Shown here: positions 39,169 to 52,350 of the stretch, piece after piece
Position numbering within the stretch: the stretch's first letter is position 1
How the letters are laid out: each line of letters opens with the position of its first letter
Assembly (NCBI RefSeq): GCF_964188315.1
Contig: NC_135666.1
Span: forward strand, 24,490,001 to 24,554,000
Length of the DNA stretch: 64,000 nt
Reading direction: 5' to 3'
Source of the DNA: Podarcis muralis
Lineage: Eukaryota
Program-made: the position numbers and the translations under genes
Notes under the pieces: model-generated
The model's input: only the letters and a program-made list of their open reading frames with translations
What the model was told of the DNA's origin: nothing
Databases searched by the model: none

Positions 39169-41312
39169 ATATTTTACTGAATAATTCATCTTTATGTGAG
39201 ACAGAATAAATATGGACTCTCAGAATCTCGGCTTTTGATTTTTAGTCTGACATACATACAGCCCTAAATATGGTTTTAGATACCAGGAAGATATTAGTTA
39301 AGCCTTACCGCTCATAAATTTGTTTTCCTAACCTGCAGGAAGCTGGCAGCTGCAATGGGCTGATGCTTCTAATTAAAGAATCTTTCATTGGCTTACATTT
39401 AGATGATTGTTAAATAATGCAGTTTACATGAAAGCCTTATTTGACCTTTTTATACAATTAATTAGGAAACTAGTGTCTTCTACTATTTTCAGTAAAGTAA
39501 ATTACTTTGGATCATCACCACAATTAAATGTAAGATCTCTTCTCCTTCAGTGGCTACCTTAGCTTTTATGCTAGACACGAGAAATTAAAAACCAACCATT
39601 TTAGCAAAGAACTGGATTATTTCTGTTGAAGCAGCTTTCAATTTCACTGAGATAATTTAAAACATATTGGCTTGCATCCAAACTGCTATTTTAGGCAGAC
39701 CCAAGGGCTTCTGCATGTCCTGTCAGATTTTTGACTGTTTCTTCTCTTTGAACAGCAGATTTCCATGGCGTATCACAAAGGATATTTGAAGCTCTTGTCA
39801 GTTTCAAAAGCGGTTTGCCAAGCACCATGAGGGAGCTGCTGGAGAAACACAAGTCCAAAGCTCTCTTGGGCATGCATGTGGAACTAGTTGCACAGTTCTA
39901 TGAGCTACTGTGCTTGATGTTCTAAGCCTGCTAGATTAACCAAAGCCATTGCTATGTAGTGGAACACTTCCAAGGCTCTGCAGAAACACACACAGCCCAC
40001 GTCTCTAAACTATAGAATCGTTAAAGGACACAACTATCCTACTGGGCATCTATTAAATTTTAATTGCTAAGGGCTTGTGGATGCAAATTTGCTCATTTTG
40101 AATGGTAAAATGGGAATTAGAAGGAGAGATGCTTTGCTACCAAGTCTAGCCCTCTCCCAATCAGTGGCCTCCTGGCTGTGTGCTTACACTATGAGAGATG
40201 CTCTGGGTCTCCAATGGAAATGTTGAATTGTGGGTGGCTTTCCAGAGCCAACTGTTGCCGCCAAGTATATTTGCAGCTGGGGAAACAGGCAGATGGGAGG
40301 GGCACAATAGGAGTTGGTGATGGGTGAAAAGCAAGTGTCAATGCCAATGCTACTCTGCCTGTAATCTTTTGCCAGGTCTAGCTAGGCTCAAGAGGAAAAC
40401 ATCAAAGTATCTGCAGCCCTCATCATTCCAACCAGCAAAAGAGGAGTCATCTGCATTGTACCTTTCAGTAATCTTGGTTTATCCTTGGAAAAGAAGGTCA
40501 TAAGTCCTTCTTTTATGGTGCTGTGGATTTCAGAAGCAGGAACCTGGCAGCTAAACACCAGCATTTTTGCACAGGAGAGTGTCTCTGCAGTATGTAAACT
40601 GATGCAAATAATTAAAAATTGAGACTTCTCCCACAAAGGCATTTCATACTTAATATCCAGCCATTATGGAGATGTGACCCTGTAGCCATTTCCTGTCTGC
40701 TTCCAGCAATTGTATGCTGAAAACAAGCTTTGGACACTTAAATCTGCTACCTGTTGAAATGACTAGGAAAGAGGAACAGTCTAGTGCAGCCATCTCCTAC
40801 TTTTAAAGTGGATCCAGATCAAGAACAGGGAACCTTTCCTTTTCAAACATTTGCAGCAGGCTACTATACAGCAGGAAAAGGGTGGGGGGCTATAGTGAAT
40901 GTGAATCTTAAATCTGCCAATCTTTTCAAAGGAAAAATTGGCCGATATTGAAAATAATCCCCAAAATCCAACTGCAGTTCTTACTACTCTTTTACCTGAA
41001 TTTTGAGCCAGTCTATGGAAATCATACTTTTTACATTCTAAAAATATTCTTACTCAGCCATTTTTTTAGCACTGTCAGAAAACTCAAAAACACATTAGTG
41101 ACCCTTAATCAAAGCAATTCAGTTTTGTGTGCACTGGAAAGGTTTATTATTCCAGGTCAGCAAAGCTTTGACTGAGTTTTAAATTGGGCAGTTTAAGAGT
41201 AGCATAAGATTCTCTTATGATAATTTACCTGCAATAAGACTAGAATTTCCATTTCTCATTCGTAGAAAATGCAACGCAGCCGATGATAAAATCCTTTGCC
41301 CATACTTTAAAG

Positions 41313-42276
41313 CAGTGTTTCCCAACCTTTTTTGGGCAAAGGCACACTTGTTTCATGATAAAAATCTCGAGGCACACCACCATTACAGCCCCGTGACGTC
41401 AGCGCGCAGCGTCACGCCGGGAGGGACGCACGAAAGTGTAAGTTTCAATTTTTTCCCCTCCCCCTTGCCTTCCTTCTGTGCCAACCGCCAAAAAGCCAAG
41501 AAAAAAGCCAAGACTTTAGGGCAGCAGGTCGACACAGAAGAAGCTCCTACCTAAGGACAGGTGCGACGGCCGTGTCCTCTTCTGCCACACTTGGCAGCCC
41601 TGCCTCACGGTCGTGACTCCCACCCTGATTTCTCCCCGCAGGTCGAGCGGCACAGGCAGCCCAATGTCTCCAGCCCAGACACAAGCCCCGCTTCCCCACT
41701 CTAGATCCTGAATGCGACCAAGTGCTCTGGACTCCCGAGCAGGGTGGGAAAGAGGACTCGCATCTGGTAGCCTCCGGGCTCCTCGCCTGCTCAAGGGATG
41801 GCATTGCAGGCAAGCTGCCGGCCGTCGCCATCGCCGCCCCCTCATGCGAGTGGACCTGCCCGGAGTGGTGGGCCGGGGGAGGCTCGCTCTCTGTGGGGAT
41901 GTGGCCCGCATGTGCGGCCCCGCTTCCTCCTGCCCAGGGCTGAGCTCCTTACCCGCGATCTCGGTCTCGCGCACGCGGATCCCACTTATTCTGAAGCTCG
42001 CGCCACTAGCCGGGGCTCTCACACCGTGCCAGGGCGAGGCGGCGCGGCCCACTGACGTCATCGCGGCTCGCCGCCGCCCTCGACTTCCCTGTTCCCTCCC
42101 CTCCCTCGGGTTGCCGTGGTTACCGAGGACTGCAAGCTGCTCGGGCGAGCGTGGGGCATTAAGTGGGAGAAGGAAAATTAAAATTAAAACTCGTCTGAAG
42201 GCCGCCTCTCCGGATATCTTTCGAATTTTTTAATTTTTCCCGCGGCACACCAGGCAACGTCTCGCGGCACACTAGT
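41313..42276. mobile_element. hAT (Charlie-like) non-autonomous element with CpG-rich cargo; right terminus missing
   Basis: Left end CAGTGTTTCCCAACC preceded by palindromic 8-mer CTTTAAAG; GGCACAC subterminal motif twice near each end (near 41340, 41370, 42244, 42266); no right TIR or second TSD seen. Confidence 0.7.
41951..42123 (-). promoter_or_regulatory. Promoter/first-exon-like module inside the hAT element: RFX X-box, CRE, 5' splice donor
   Basis: X-box GTAACC-AC-GGCAAC (42110-42123, minus), TGACGTCA (42053-42060), donor CGG|GTAAGG (GT at 41951-41952), CpG-dense context. Confidence 0.5.
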
Positions 42277-42511
42277 TAGTTATTATTACTGATTTTCCAT
42301 TATGACTGATATCTATTTACCTTTTGTTTCAATTAACATTTTGGATTATTTTGCTACCACTGCCTACAAGGAGTTGAAACAGATAGCCAATCAGATTCAA
42401 GCCTCAGGGAGGTCCCATCAAAGTTGGAAACTCAGTTCAGTACAGTGCATCAAATCCTTGGTCCAAAGTCAGCTACTGACACAGATTATTACCAGCATGC
42501 ATGTTATAGGG

Positions 42512-42876
42512 GGGACGCGGGTGGCGCTGTGGGTAAAAGCCTCAGCGCCTAGGGCTTGCCGATTGAAAGGTCAGCGGTTCGAATCCCTGCGGCGGGGTGC
42601 GCTCCCGCTGCTCGGTCCCAGCGCCTGCCAACCTAGCAGTTCGAAAGCACCCCCGGGTGCAAGTAGATAAATAGGGACCGCTTACTGGCGGGAAGGTAAA
42701 CGGCGTTTCCGTGTGCTGTGCTGGCTCGCCAGATGCAGCTTTGTCACGCTGGCCACGTGACCCGGAAGTGTCTCCGGACAGCACTGGCCCCCGGCCTCTT
42801 GAGTGAGATGGGGGCACAACCCTAGAGTCTGTCAAGACTGGCCCGTACGGGCAGGGGTACCTTTACCTTTACCTTT
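42512..42876 (+). mobile_element. Sauria/Squam1 SINE, full length
   Basis: GGGACGCGGGTGGCGCTG head, (ACCTTT)3 tail, 11-bp TSD ATGTTATAGGG (42501-42511, 42877-42887). Confidence 0.94.
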
Positions 42877-43379
42877 ATGTTATAGGGAGGTGAAAAGCTG
42901 TGATTTCCATAACTCCAGAGAAAGCCCAATGTATGGTCTGAAAATGCAGCATAAACGAGATATAAAGTGAGGGTGGACATGTTATGTTCTGTGTCCCACC
43001 ATTGATTCCTTCATGAGTTAGAGGGTGAAGTTCTGAAGTAGGGAGCCTCTTGTGTTGATGGAGGCTCGCCACAAGATTCAGGACCTGGATCTTGCAGGAT
43101 TCTATTTCTTGCAGAAAGTCTCGACGAGTACTGGAGGCTCCCCCTGCAGAAATTTGCCCTCCAGCTTGTGGACAGGGAGGGAGGTGGAAACTGGGGGTGA
43201 GGGGAAGGGAAAATTAGCAGGCTTGGCCCTGCTCTCCCTTAGCACATGTTGCTTTTACACACTAGAATGCCTGAAGAGGATTTATGCTGTTTATAGTATT
43301 TTTACTTTCAGAAAGGAAGAATGTGGCTCCACAACTGTGTCTCCTGGTCACACCATACAACGTCACTATCCCCCCCATA

Positions 43380-43380
<1 letters not shown>

Positions 43381-43422
<42 letters not shown>
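43381..43422. repeat. Compound (CT)n(CA)n microsatellite
   Basis: Visible repeat. Confidence 0.93.
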
Positions 43423-43423
<1 letters not shown>

Positions 43424-44797
43424 GGCTCAGGGGGGACCCCCCCAAAAAAAACCCTTGTAAAAAGCCTCTTTTTCTGAATCTAATTTCTCTGAATCATCAG
43501 TTCCGAGCACCTGGCATGCAGAATGATAGTGAGTGACATCAGAGAGGTAAGGAAGGATAGAGATGTCCCTCCATTCCACTGATGCCATCAGAGCATCAAT
43601 AAAGGTAGGCAGTAGGAGATAACTTGAAGGCAGGGTGAGTGAGTGGGTGGGTGGGTGTAAGACAGGGCTGAAATTTCTCTCCAACTAAGTCTGAAATCTG
43701 AATCAAATATGAACTTTGAGAGTATGTAATGCTTGTTCTGCACCAAGGCAAATACTGCAAGACAGCCCACTGTGATATATATCTTGGTGGCGTCTCATCC
43801 TGAACATTCAGTGTCAGAACTGACCCCCTATTCTAGATTTTGCTCTAATGTTTCAGAAGACTGTGTATTTTCAACACCTGGATCTTGACCAATAAACAGG
43901 CTATTTATATATTACCTATTTTGGTTCCCGTCCCTTCCTTATGCTAGTTGAAAAAGGCAACAGCTGTGATGGCTGATGACACCTGGTAAGAAGCTACAGT
44001 GTCCAGGTGACAGATTCAGTATTACATTAATCCATTAACAGCTTTGTGGATTGTAGGAAATGTCTCCAGCTGGCATTATGCCTGGTTGCTCCACTAGCTG
44101 TAGGTCAGGCTATGGGGCTGCCCTTATATAGGCTAACTTTAGCTGGCTGATATGTCTTGCTCTCCAAAATGCCATTAAGATTTTGCTCATTTATGTTTAG
44201 ATGCAATTAATTGACTGTGACAGGCAACAGCAGTGAAAATCCCTACTGTTTTCATGTTACCATTATGGGATAGCTACCTGAATGTATAAATATCCAAAAA
44301 CTATGTCAATGATTATACAAATAAAGTAATTTTAGTGGTTGAGTAGCATATTGAGATTACAAAATACATGATTTCACTAAATTCAGAATGTAGTTTTGCT
44401 AGTAAAGGTAAAGGGAAGGGAATGCTACAAATTAATAAGCCTGGGATAAGAATAAAGGTCAATGTTAAAACAATGGCACTTGTGTTTTCCCACTTCACAC
44501 CCTTTGCAGCCAGTTTGGGTCTAGTTTTATTATGGACCAAAGCTCTTAATCTGAAGCACGAAGAATCAGATCATTTTTCTGTACACGTGGAAGCTGTAGC
44601 AAAATGTATTAAAAGCAGGGAATGAGGTTTTGAACTCTATGCATTGGATTTTATGTGGGCTTGTCTTTTTGAATTATGCCTACATGTGGGCATCTGAGGG
44701 ACTGGAGATAAAAGAGGTGCACTGTGAGTGAGAAGGGAAGGTGCACTCTCCCTACGCCATCCAGTATAATCCAGTCTTCCCTCTTGGGTTTACCCAT

Positions 44798-45205
44798 TGT
44801 CAGGGAACTGCCATCGGAAGGACAGGAGGTGAAAGGGCTCGCTGAGGTTGAGAGAGACTCAGCAGCTGAAGAGGGAACCAGCAGGGGGAGAGAGGGAGCT
44901 CCGAGGGAAAGTGAGTCGGAGGGATGGCTCAGAGACACTTCCAGCGAAAACAGTGGGGAGGTTTCAAGACCTCCTATAGGGACACCCATTCCTCGCCGGA
45001 AACTGTCGCGCCGAGAGTCCAGAAGACGTGTTTCCGTTAAGGAGCTTTTATGCTGGAAGAGATTCCGTAAGCGCCCACTTTCGGATTCTGCTAGCGACTA
45101 ACGGAGCCATGCTTGAGGGGCTCCGTCGTAGGCAGAGGTTTGCGGACTTGGCCAAACTCTGAGGGACTAGGATTTTACGCACAAGCTGCTCATCATCCCA
45201 TCACA
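44798..45205 (+). mobile_element. TG...CA-bounded purine-rich repeat (LTR-like, family unassigned)
   Basis: Starts TGTCAGGGAACTGCC, ends ..CCCATCACA, imperfect 5-bp flanks CCCAT/GCCAT; similar start and composition at 63808. Confidence 0.4.
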
Positions 45206-45441
45206 GCCATGTTGTTTTTTTATGCCTTGGCAAATATAAATAGGGATATTCTATGCAGTATCTTTTAGAATGTTTATGTAGGCCAGAGAGAAAGTATAGT
45301 AAAATACTATAAACTTCACACAAAAGCAGTATATTCTTGAACCCAAATGAAAGCACCAATGAAGTGGTATGTCAATCAAAATGGGGTCAAACATAGGGTA
45401 GCTGACAGTTGGAGACTTAAAGGAAACATCCCTTTGTGGCT

Positions 45442-45514
45442 TATTTCTGAACACAACTCCCCAATCTACTGTTGAAGCTATTTCTGAACACAACTCAACA
45501 ACCTACTGTTGAAA
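45442..45514. repeat. Imperfect 37-bp tandem duplication
   Basis: TATTTCTGAACACAACTC..CTACTGTTGAA occurs twice. Confidence 0.85.
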
Positions 45515-46455
45515 ATAGTAATTAAATTTGTATATATTTCATCGACTTAATGAGCGCCAGATGTTTGATCAAGGGAGCTGAGCGGAAGATAAAGATCTTT
45601 ACAAAAACAAAAAATTGCGCATTTATTTTTCTCTAAGCAGCAATGGGATTATATAAATATAGTCATTTAAAATCTGTTGTTCTTTATATGAAATAAAAAC
45701 ATGATATAGACACGGTTGCCAAGTATATGACACTGCAAATGGCAAGGAGGAATGGAATGAGATGTTGAGTGACAGGGGATCTTGCCACTTGACTCCATTT
45801 TTATAAGTTCTAGTCCCCTTTCAACTGGAAATGCAGTTTGCACTCCATTTCTGTAATTTCCCACAACCCTGCTAGTTCCATTCTCACCTTCCCTAAACCT
45901 GAAAAGCCTTACTTTGGGGACTGAAGACAGAGCTAACATGAGGGGGCAGGCTGGCAATGTTCAGACAGGAAAGGTCCCACAATGCCTCTGTTTAGCTAAA
46001 AATACTGCACAAAGCAAACACGGTTGGGGGGTTTGTAGTTTTCTAACTATAAGTTCGATGATCCCCAGCAGGAAAGAAGCCACACCACATATCATTTACA
46101 ACTAAGAAAAAGTCTTGCAGGTCTTTCTTATATACAAATGCGGCTTCAGCTGTCTGTTGCTCCTTTCTTTTAAGACAGATTTTTCCCGCCCTAAGACTGC
46201 ACCAGGGAATGACATCATGGTGTAGCAGGCCGGCCCGCCCATGAGGCAGACTGAAGCAGTTGCCTTCAGTGCTGCAATCCCATGAGCAGCGAACCCTTCC
46301 CACTGCCAGGGTTGTGTGGCTGCTGCCACAGCCTCTGGAAAAATCTTTAAAAGCTTACGTGAGGCTTTGGTGGCAGCAGTAGCACCTTCCCATTTCACCT
46401 CAGGTGGCAGAACAGGATGGGCTACCCCCTGTGATGCAGCATAACTCCCATGAGG

Positions 46456-46613
46456 CAGTGGCGTAGCGTGGGGGGTGCAGGGGGGGCCGGCCGCACCGGG
46501 CGCAACATCTGGGGTTAGGGCAAATCCACAGGTTGGGGGGCGCAAATCCACGGGTTAGGGGGCGCAAATTACTTGCCTTGCCCCGGGTGCTGACAACCCA
46601 CGCTACGCCACTG
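46456..46613 (-). mobile_element. hAT MITE with 22-bp CCCTAA-core repeat, copy 3 (158 bp, one unit shorter)
   Basis: Perfect 15-bp TIR; 8-bp TSD CCATGAGG (46448-46455, 46614-46621). Confidence 0.93.
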
Positions 46614-49600
46614 CCATGAGGCACTCTGTCCTTAATTTGAGGGGGACACTGGCAGGTTGCTGAGGGCAGCCTAGCCGACGCTTAAAACACCTGTGAATCT
46701 TTTCTTCTTTTAAGAAACAAACCCAAATCCTTGGCCACCTCGGTCCAAATGCTCTGAGATTTTCGCCCCTTCTCCCACAAGAGCTGAAAAAAGTTTGGAC
46801 CAAATGTCTCAGCATAGCACTCCATTTAATAGTATAGGCAGCTTCCTCCAGGGCATATAGCAAAAGCTTTATCTTCATGGCAATAGCTGCTTCTTATAAA
46901 CATTAATTTCCCAAAGTCCAACACCTTCATGCATCGCTAGACATTTATATCACACTGAGCTTATTAAGTACAAAGTAAGTAGTTTACTGTTATTCATGTC
47001 TAAAGTAGTTAAGTAAAAAGAGTGGTTCCACATAAAGTTTTAATTCTGAATATCTTCTGAGCAAATTTATTCATTTTGATTTTTCTGCACATGGCCATCA
47101 CTGCCACAGCACACTAATTTTGAAAACACATCAATAATCGGAACAGACATTTATCACCTAGCTATTTGATTTATGGACTTGAGAGCTTTTGGGAACAGTA
47201 TACACTTCTCATAATGATCCATTAAATTGAGCAGCTAGCTGAAGATTGGTCAGTGATTGTTAGACATTTGTGCTAATTTGGGCGGCGGCGGCAGCAGGGG
47301 GGGTATACTTCCTTTGTTTTGATATTTCTGATAGCTTATCACCAGGGGACTAAATATTGAAATTTCCATTTATCTTCAGGCATCTGAATTACTTTCAGCA
47401 TAACTGGGCAAGGTTGACAATAATTTATTGCAGTTAATTTTCAAGCATAAAAAAATATCAGAATACATTTTGGTGAAGATAGCAAGGTTCGGAATTTCAC
47501 AAACGGCAGGAGATTGTTCCACGTTAAACATGTAGTATATCCAAAGCCTGGAGTGAGGCAGGTTGTGTCAATGGGACTCCAATCATGTAACTAATAAAAT
47601 GACCATTGGGAAACTTTACAGTGAGCATTCTGGAAAATAACGATCCCACACTGGGATGTAAGATTACTAATAGTGTGTTTATTTATACTAGACTAACAGT
47701 CTTGGAGCCTAAGTAAAATTAACTTAAGGAAGCCATGGATGAATGCAAAGGGGCTTCTGAGGCAGAGGGGGTGGGAAACGATCCTTCCATAAATGTTCAT
47801 AACTTATCTTAAGTTCTGTTCCCAATTCTGGGAACCCCCACCTCCAGCATCCTATTCCACATTTTTGGAGGGTGGGGAGGGCAGTCAGGTAATAGAAAAG
47901 GGTATACTTTCTTTCTGAAAACTTCAGCTAACTTATCTTAGGATGGAAGTCATGGTTTGATTTGCCTTATAAATGCACCATTTCCTACCATATACACACT
48001 TTCCATCTGTTGCCATTGTGTGGTGTGCCTTTGAAGCACTTGCAAAGCTCTGGCAGTGCAGCTTTCCCTGGAGTGTCCCATTCAGACTATTCTGTATTTG
48101 CATCATAACAGAACCTGTGCACAAACAATAGTGGCTAAGGATAATAGTCAAGCAGCTAACCATGCCATTGGTTTTAATGTTTGTTTGATTGCTTTTAGAA
48201 AGTCAGGTGACACCTTTCCACCTGTCCTGCCAAGAATCACGATTGAATAATGCTTTCATCCATGTGGAGTAGCGAAGGTAAAATGTCATTTTTAAAGACA
48301 AGAGTGGCAGAGTGCTGGGGGAGAAGGAAATGCAGAAATAAAATGACACAGGTGTCTCTTTTATGTTTTCATTCTATTTATGTTGGCTGCTGAACATTTT
48401 CTGATGACAGATGCCACCATTTCAGAACTGCACGGTTACATATTGCTCTCAATCGACAGGGGACCATATACAAAGCTAACATTTTGCTAACATGAAAAGT
48501 ATCAAAAAAAGTGACAGTTGTCTGTTGTTTGAAGGGAAACTGTTGCATGGCGAAAGTAAAGAGAAAAGGATGCAGAGGAAAAGCTCTCTTAATGAACAAT
48601 TTCTTCATAATGAACAGAAGATAGAGGTTATGTAAAAGGGTATTTCCTCTTTTGCATTTGCATTTCATTTTCCTCTGCCTCACTTTATGGTAGGATGATG
48701 CCATTTTAAAAAATTGAATTTTTCGGTTTTCAAATTCCAAAAATGAGGGGTGCTAAAAAGTTTTAACATGACTCGAGAATTTAAAATCTATTTGGATTAA
48801 GTTAATATAATTCAGTTTTGCTTTGTAAGTAAAATGTGTGTACATTTGCATAGAAATCACCAAAAAGATTGCCAAGTACTTGCACTTACATTCAATATTA
48901 TTATTTAGCATTACTGACATTTTCAGAAGGTAAAATTAAAATTATTTGGTTTTCCGAAAGCAGTTTATGTGCTTCTTCATCAAACGCAGACTTGAGAAGC
49001 TAAATGTTGTCCAATCACAAAAACAACAGCAGATTTGAATTCCTCAAACCCAAAAACCTATTTTTAAGACGTCTCACTGAAGAAATTTGCAAAAATTTAG
49101 TTTCACTCCCTAAAATGACATGCCATGATGTTAAAGGGTGCTTTCAAAGCAGCCGGGTGCAATGCAAGTTAAAAGTAAACCATGACACAATGTGGAATTA
49201 AAATGCTGCCAGACATTCATTGAGAAGAAGTAAGCTATGCAGTCACAATTCTGCATACTCTGTGCTAAATTATAACCATAATTCTTCTTCATCAAGGTAA
49301 ACAAAATCCTGTGCTAAGAAACTATGACTTTTCTTGGGTGCATACTGTTTTGCAAATTCACTCAAGGAATGAACAGATTTTCTCCATTTCATTCCTTTCT
49401 CATTCTGTTAATTTGATCTGCCCTATATGCCACCTCTTTTAAATAAGGGTTTCTAAAATCAGTTCCAGACTCAGAGCATGCACACTTTGTGGCAACATGC
49501 AGTTGCTTCAATTCACTCCTATCTTTTCCCCACCCCCTCTATTTTACCAACAAATGTTCATGTGTGTTTTTTTGCAAACTAAACAATAGGCTTTGGTGAC

Positions 49601-49695
49601 TAGTAGACCCTCTGTTAAGAAGCTTTTGTGCCACTTTGACAAAGAGAGTGGAAGTATCAATTATTTGACAGACGATGGGGAAGTGAAACTATTAC

Positions 49696-49853
49696 CTTAA
49701 TGAGAACCTGGATGCGTCCTGTTGCTTTTGAAGACATGTAGTACCAGAAACTCAGCATGCAAGTGGTGCTAGACTCTGCCCATCTGGAGCTCTTGAGAAG
49801 TGCTTTTTCACCTCTTACTCCTAGTGACATCGCTTCAAGGTAGAGGAATTGTC
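49696..49853 (-). CDS. MALRD1: MALRD1 exon, MAM domain middle (GQFLYLEAMSLGVRGEKALLKSS...CMLSFWYYM...IQVLIK)
   Basis: Acceptor attccag|GA, donor AAG|gtaata. 158 bp, phase 1 to 0. Confidence 0.94.
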
Positions 49854-51930
49854 CTGGAATCAGAAATGATGCAGGATGTGAAAACGGCAACAATAATAAA
49901 ACAGCCGGGGCGGGGGGGGGGGCGGGGAAAGAGAAATGGAAAAGTACCACTACAGAGCTTGTTGTACTAAGCAAAAGCTCTCTTAGCCACCTCTTATCAC
50001 ACAGAATATTTTTGGATGCATAATGGGAAACAGGGCAGCCACATGAAGAGGTCTGTGGAATGGTTAGAAAACAAGTTTGTTTACCTTTAAGTGTTGTTTT
50101 TTAAGTAGGCATCTATGCAGTCACATAGCAGATGCTGTATTGTGTTCCACCCATGCCCAAATGTAGGTGTAAGAACCACCTCCAGCACTGAACAGCTTCC
50201 ATTATAGCCTCTTTATTGCTGAAAACCTTTATATGAAACTCTTACACCTGGCACGTATTTGGTAGTAGACATTCCAATAGGGACAACTTGGCTGCAATCC
50301 CAATAATTTATTCTTTGCCCAGACCAGCTTGACTTGGTTTCCCTAACCTTCTGCGTTCACAGGACAGCTTAAGATCCAAGATAATTTACTTCTACAGAAG
50401 CTCAGGCTTCAGTAATACAGTTTTGGATACAGCTTGTAGGCTTTGCAGACACAGATATACAAGTGGAAAGTATTTCTATTGCTCCAGCAATTCCAAGGCA
50501 TAACAGACAGACTCACTGACTAACTAACGAGCTGATATGCCTTAATCACTTATATAGACAGCACTGGGCTGTTGTCATAGCAACTGGTTTGGCTGATTCC
50601 GCATCTGATGGCTTTTCTCCTACATGGGGTGATTTGTGACCATGGAAGGAAATTAAACCCTTCCTCCATGCCTAGTTCCTCTAACATAATCACTCTTCTG
50701 ATCCCTATTCCAACTGTAATCAAGCATTTGTACATGTACAAATGTATACTCTTCCCATGACCGCGTGGGTACCCCAGCTTTCTTTGCTTTTCATTTGCTG
50801 AATTCTAGATTGCGACATCCTTGGGAAAGAGATCTGTCCCTCTTTTCTTTGTAAAGCTTTGTGCATGCTGATGGTGGCATACAATTCAACATATATTTTT
50901 GTATGGGCATAAAAGCTCATAATGGAGAAGATCCCTCATACCCCCCACAATGTGAATCTCACTTTGACATTCATTGGTTGTTTTAAGTCTGCAACAATAT
51001 TGTTGGGAAATGAATGCTGCCATGCCAGCTCCAGGGGGAAAATCTAATCATCATTAAACACTGCAAAGAAAAGGTCACTTCTGACACTATAGGCATATTG
51101 TGTATTATCACAGCCATGGAAATAATGATGCTGAGGAACTGAGGGTTCAAACAAATAGCATGAAATATGACTTTCCAGTGTATGATGAAAAGAAAATCAT
51201 TTGCAAAAATGTTTCAGGTGCCAGCCGAAACATTTATTACAAACAGAGTTCCTTTATGGAGCAAGAGGTACAATTATATTGATGTTTCTTTGCTTGGCCA
51301 CAGGAAAGTACATAATATGAAAAAGGCATAGTAAATACTAGGTTAGGCAACCCTTTCAGCAATAAAGACTCTGGAGGTGATTTTTGCCCACATATGATCA
51401 AATCACTCTTCTAAACATGAAGGCTAGAAACTTAACATAAAAATGGAAAGCTGGAATTGTTAGAAGCAGATAAGCCACACAGAACAATGCTAGAAGCCGC
51501 TTGTCTCCTATGGACATTCCCAGCTCTTCTGTTTGCATCTCTTTCCTTTTGGATTACATATACATGCTATGGTTTCAGCACCTGGGCCTTTGCTTCTGCT
51601 GCTAGCTCACCCCTTAATTTTTTATGGAGTGATTACCCAGCTTCAGCTGGCAACCTAGATTGCTCACAGGGGTGTTGTGACAAAGGCTTGAATGTTTAGT
51701 CTTGACCCTGCAGAATTATTCACTCAGTGAAATGTCTGATTGGTGACTGGCTCAGCTTGTAACCTGGTACCGTGTGATACGGCTTCTCTTTCCCACCTGA
51801 GAAACAAGCGTGCAACTTCCCTGCACTCTGAGAAAGCAACAATTAAGAAGAGGCTGCTTTGCAAAACAGTGTTACAACTGCATTACAGAACAGTTTCCAG
51901 CATTAGGGATTTAACCAATTTAGATATTCA

Positions 51931-52350
<420 letters not shown>

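Noticed and set aside
40388-40642. 84-aa minus-strand ORF as a possible extra MALRD1 exon
   Set aside because: No MAM or LDLa motifs, and the 49696 and 16776 exons already join seamlessly.
41516-42233. Overlapping 181-aa and 173-aa ORFs in the GC-rich element
   Set aside because: Expected from stop-codon scarcity at high GC; no recognisable domain.
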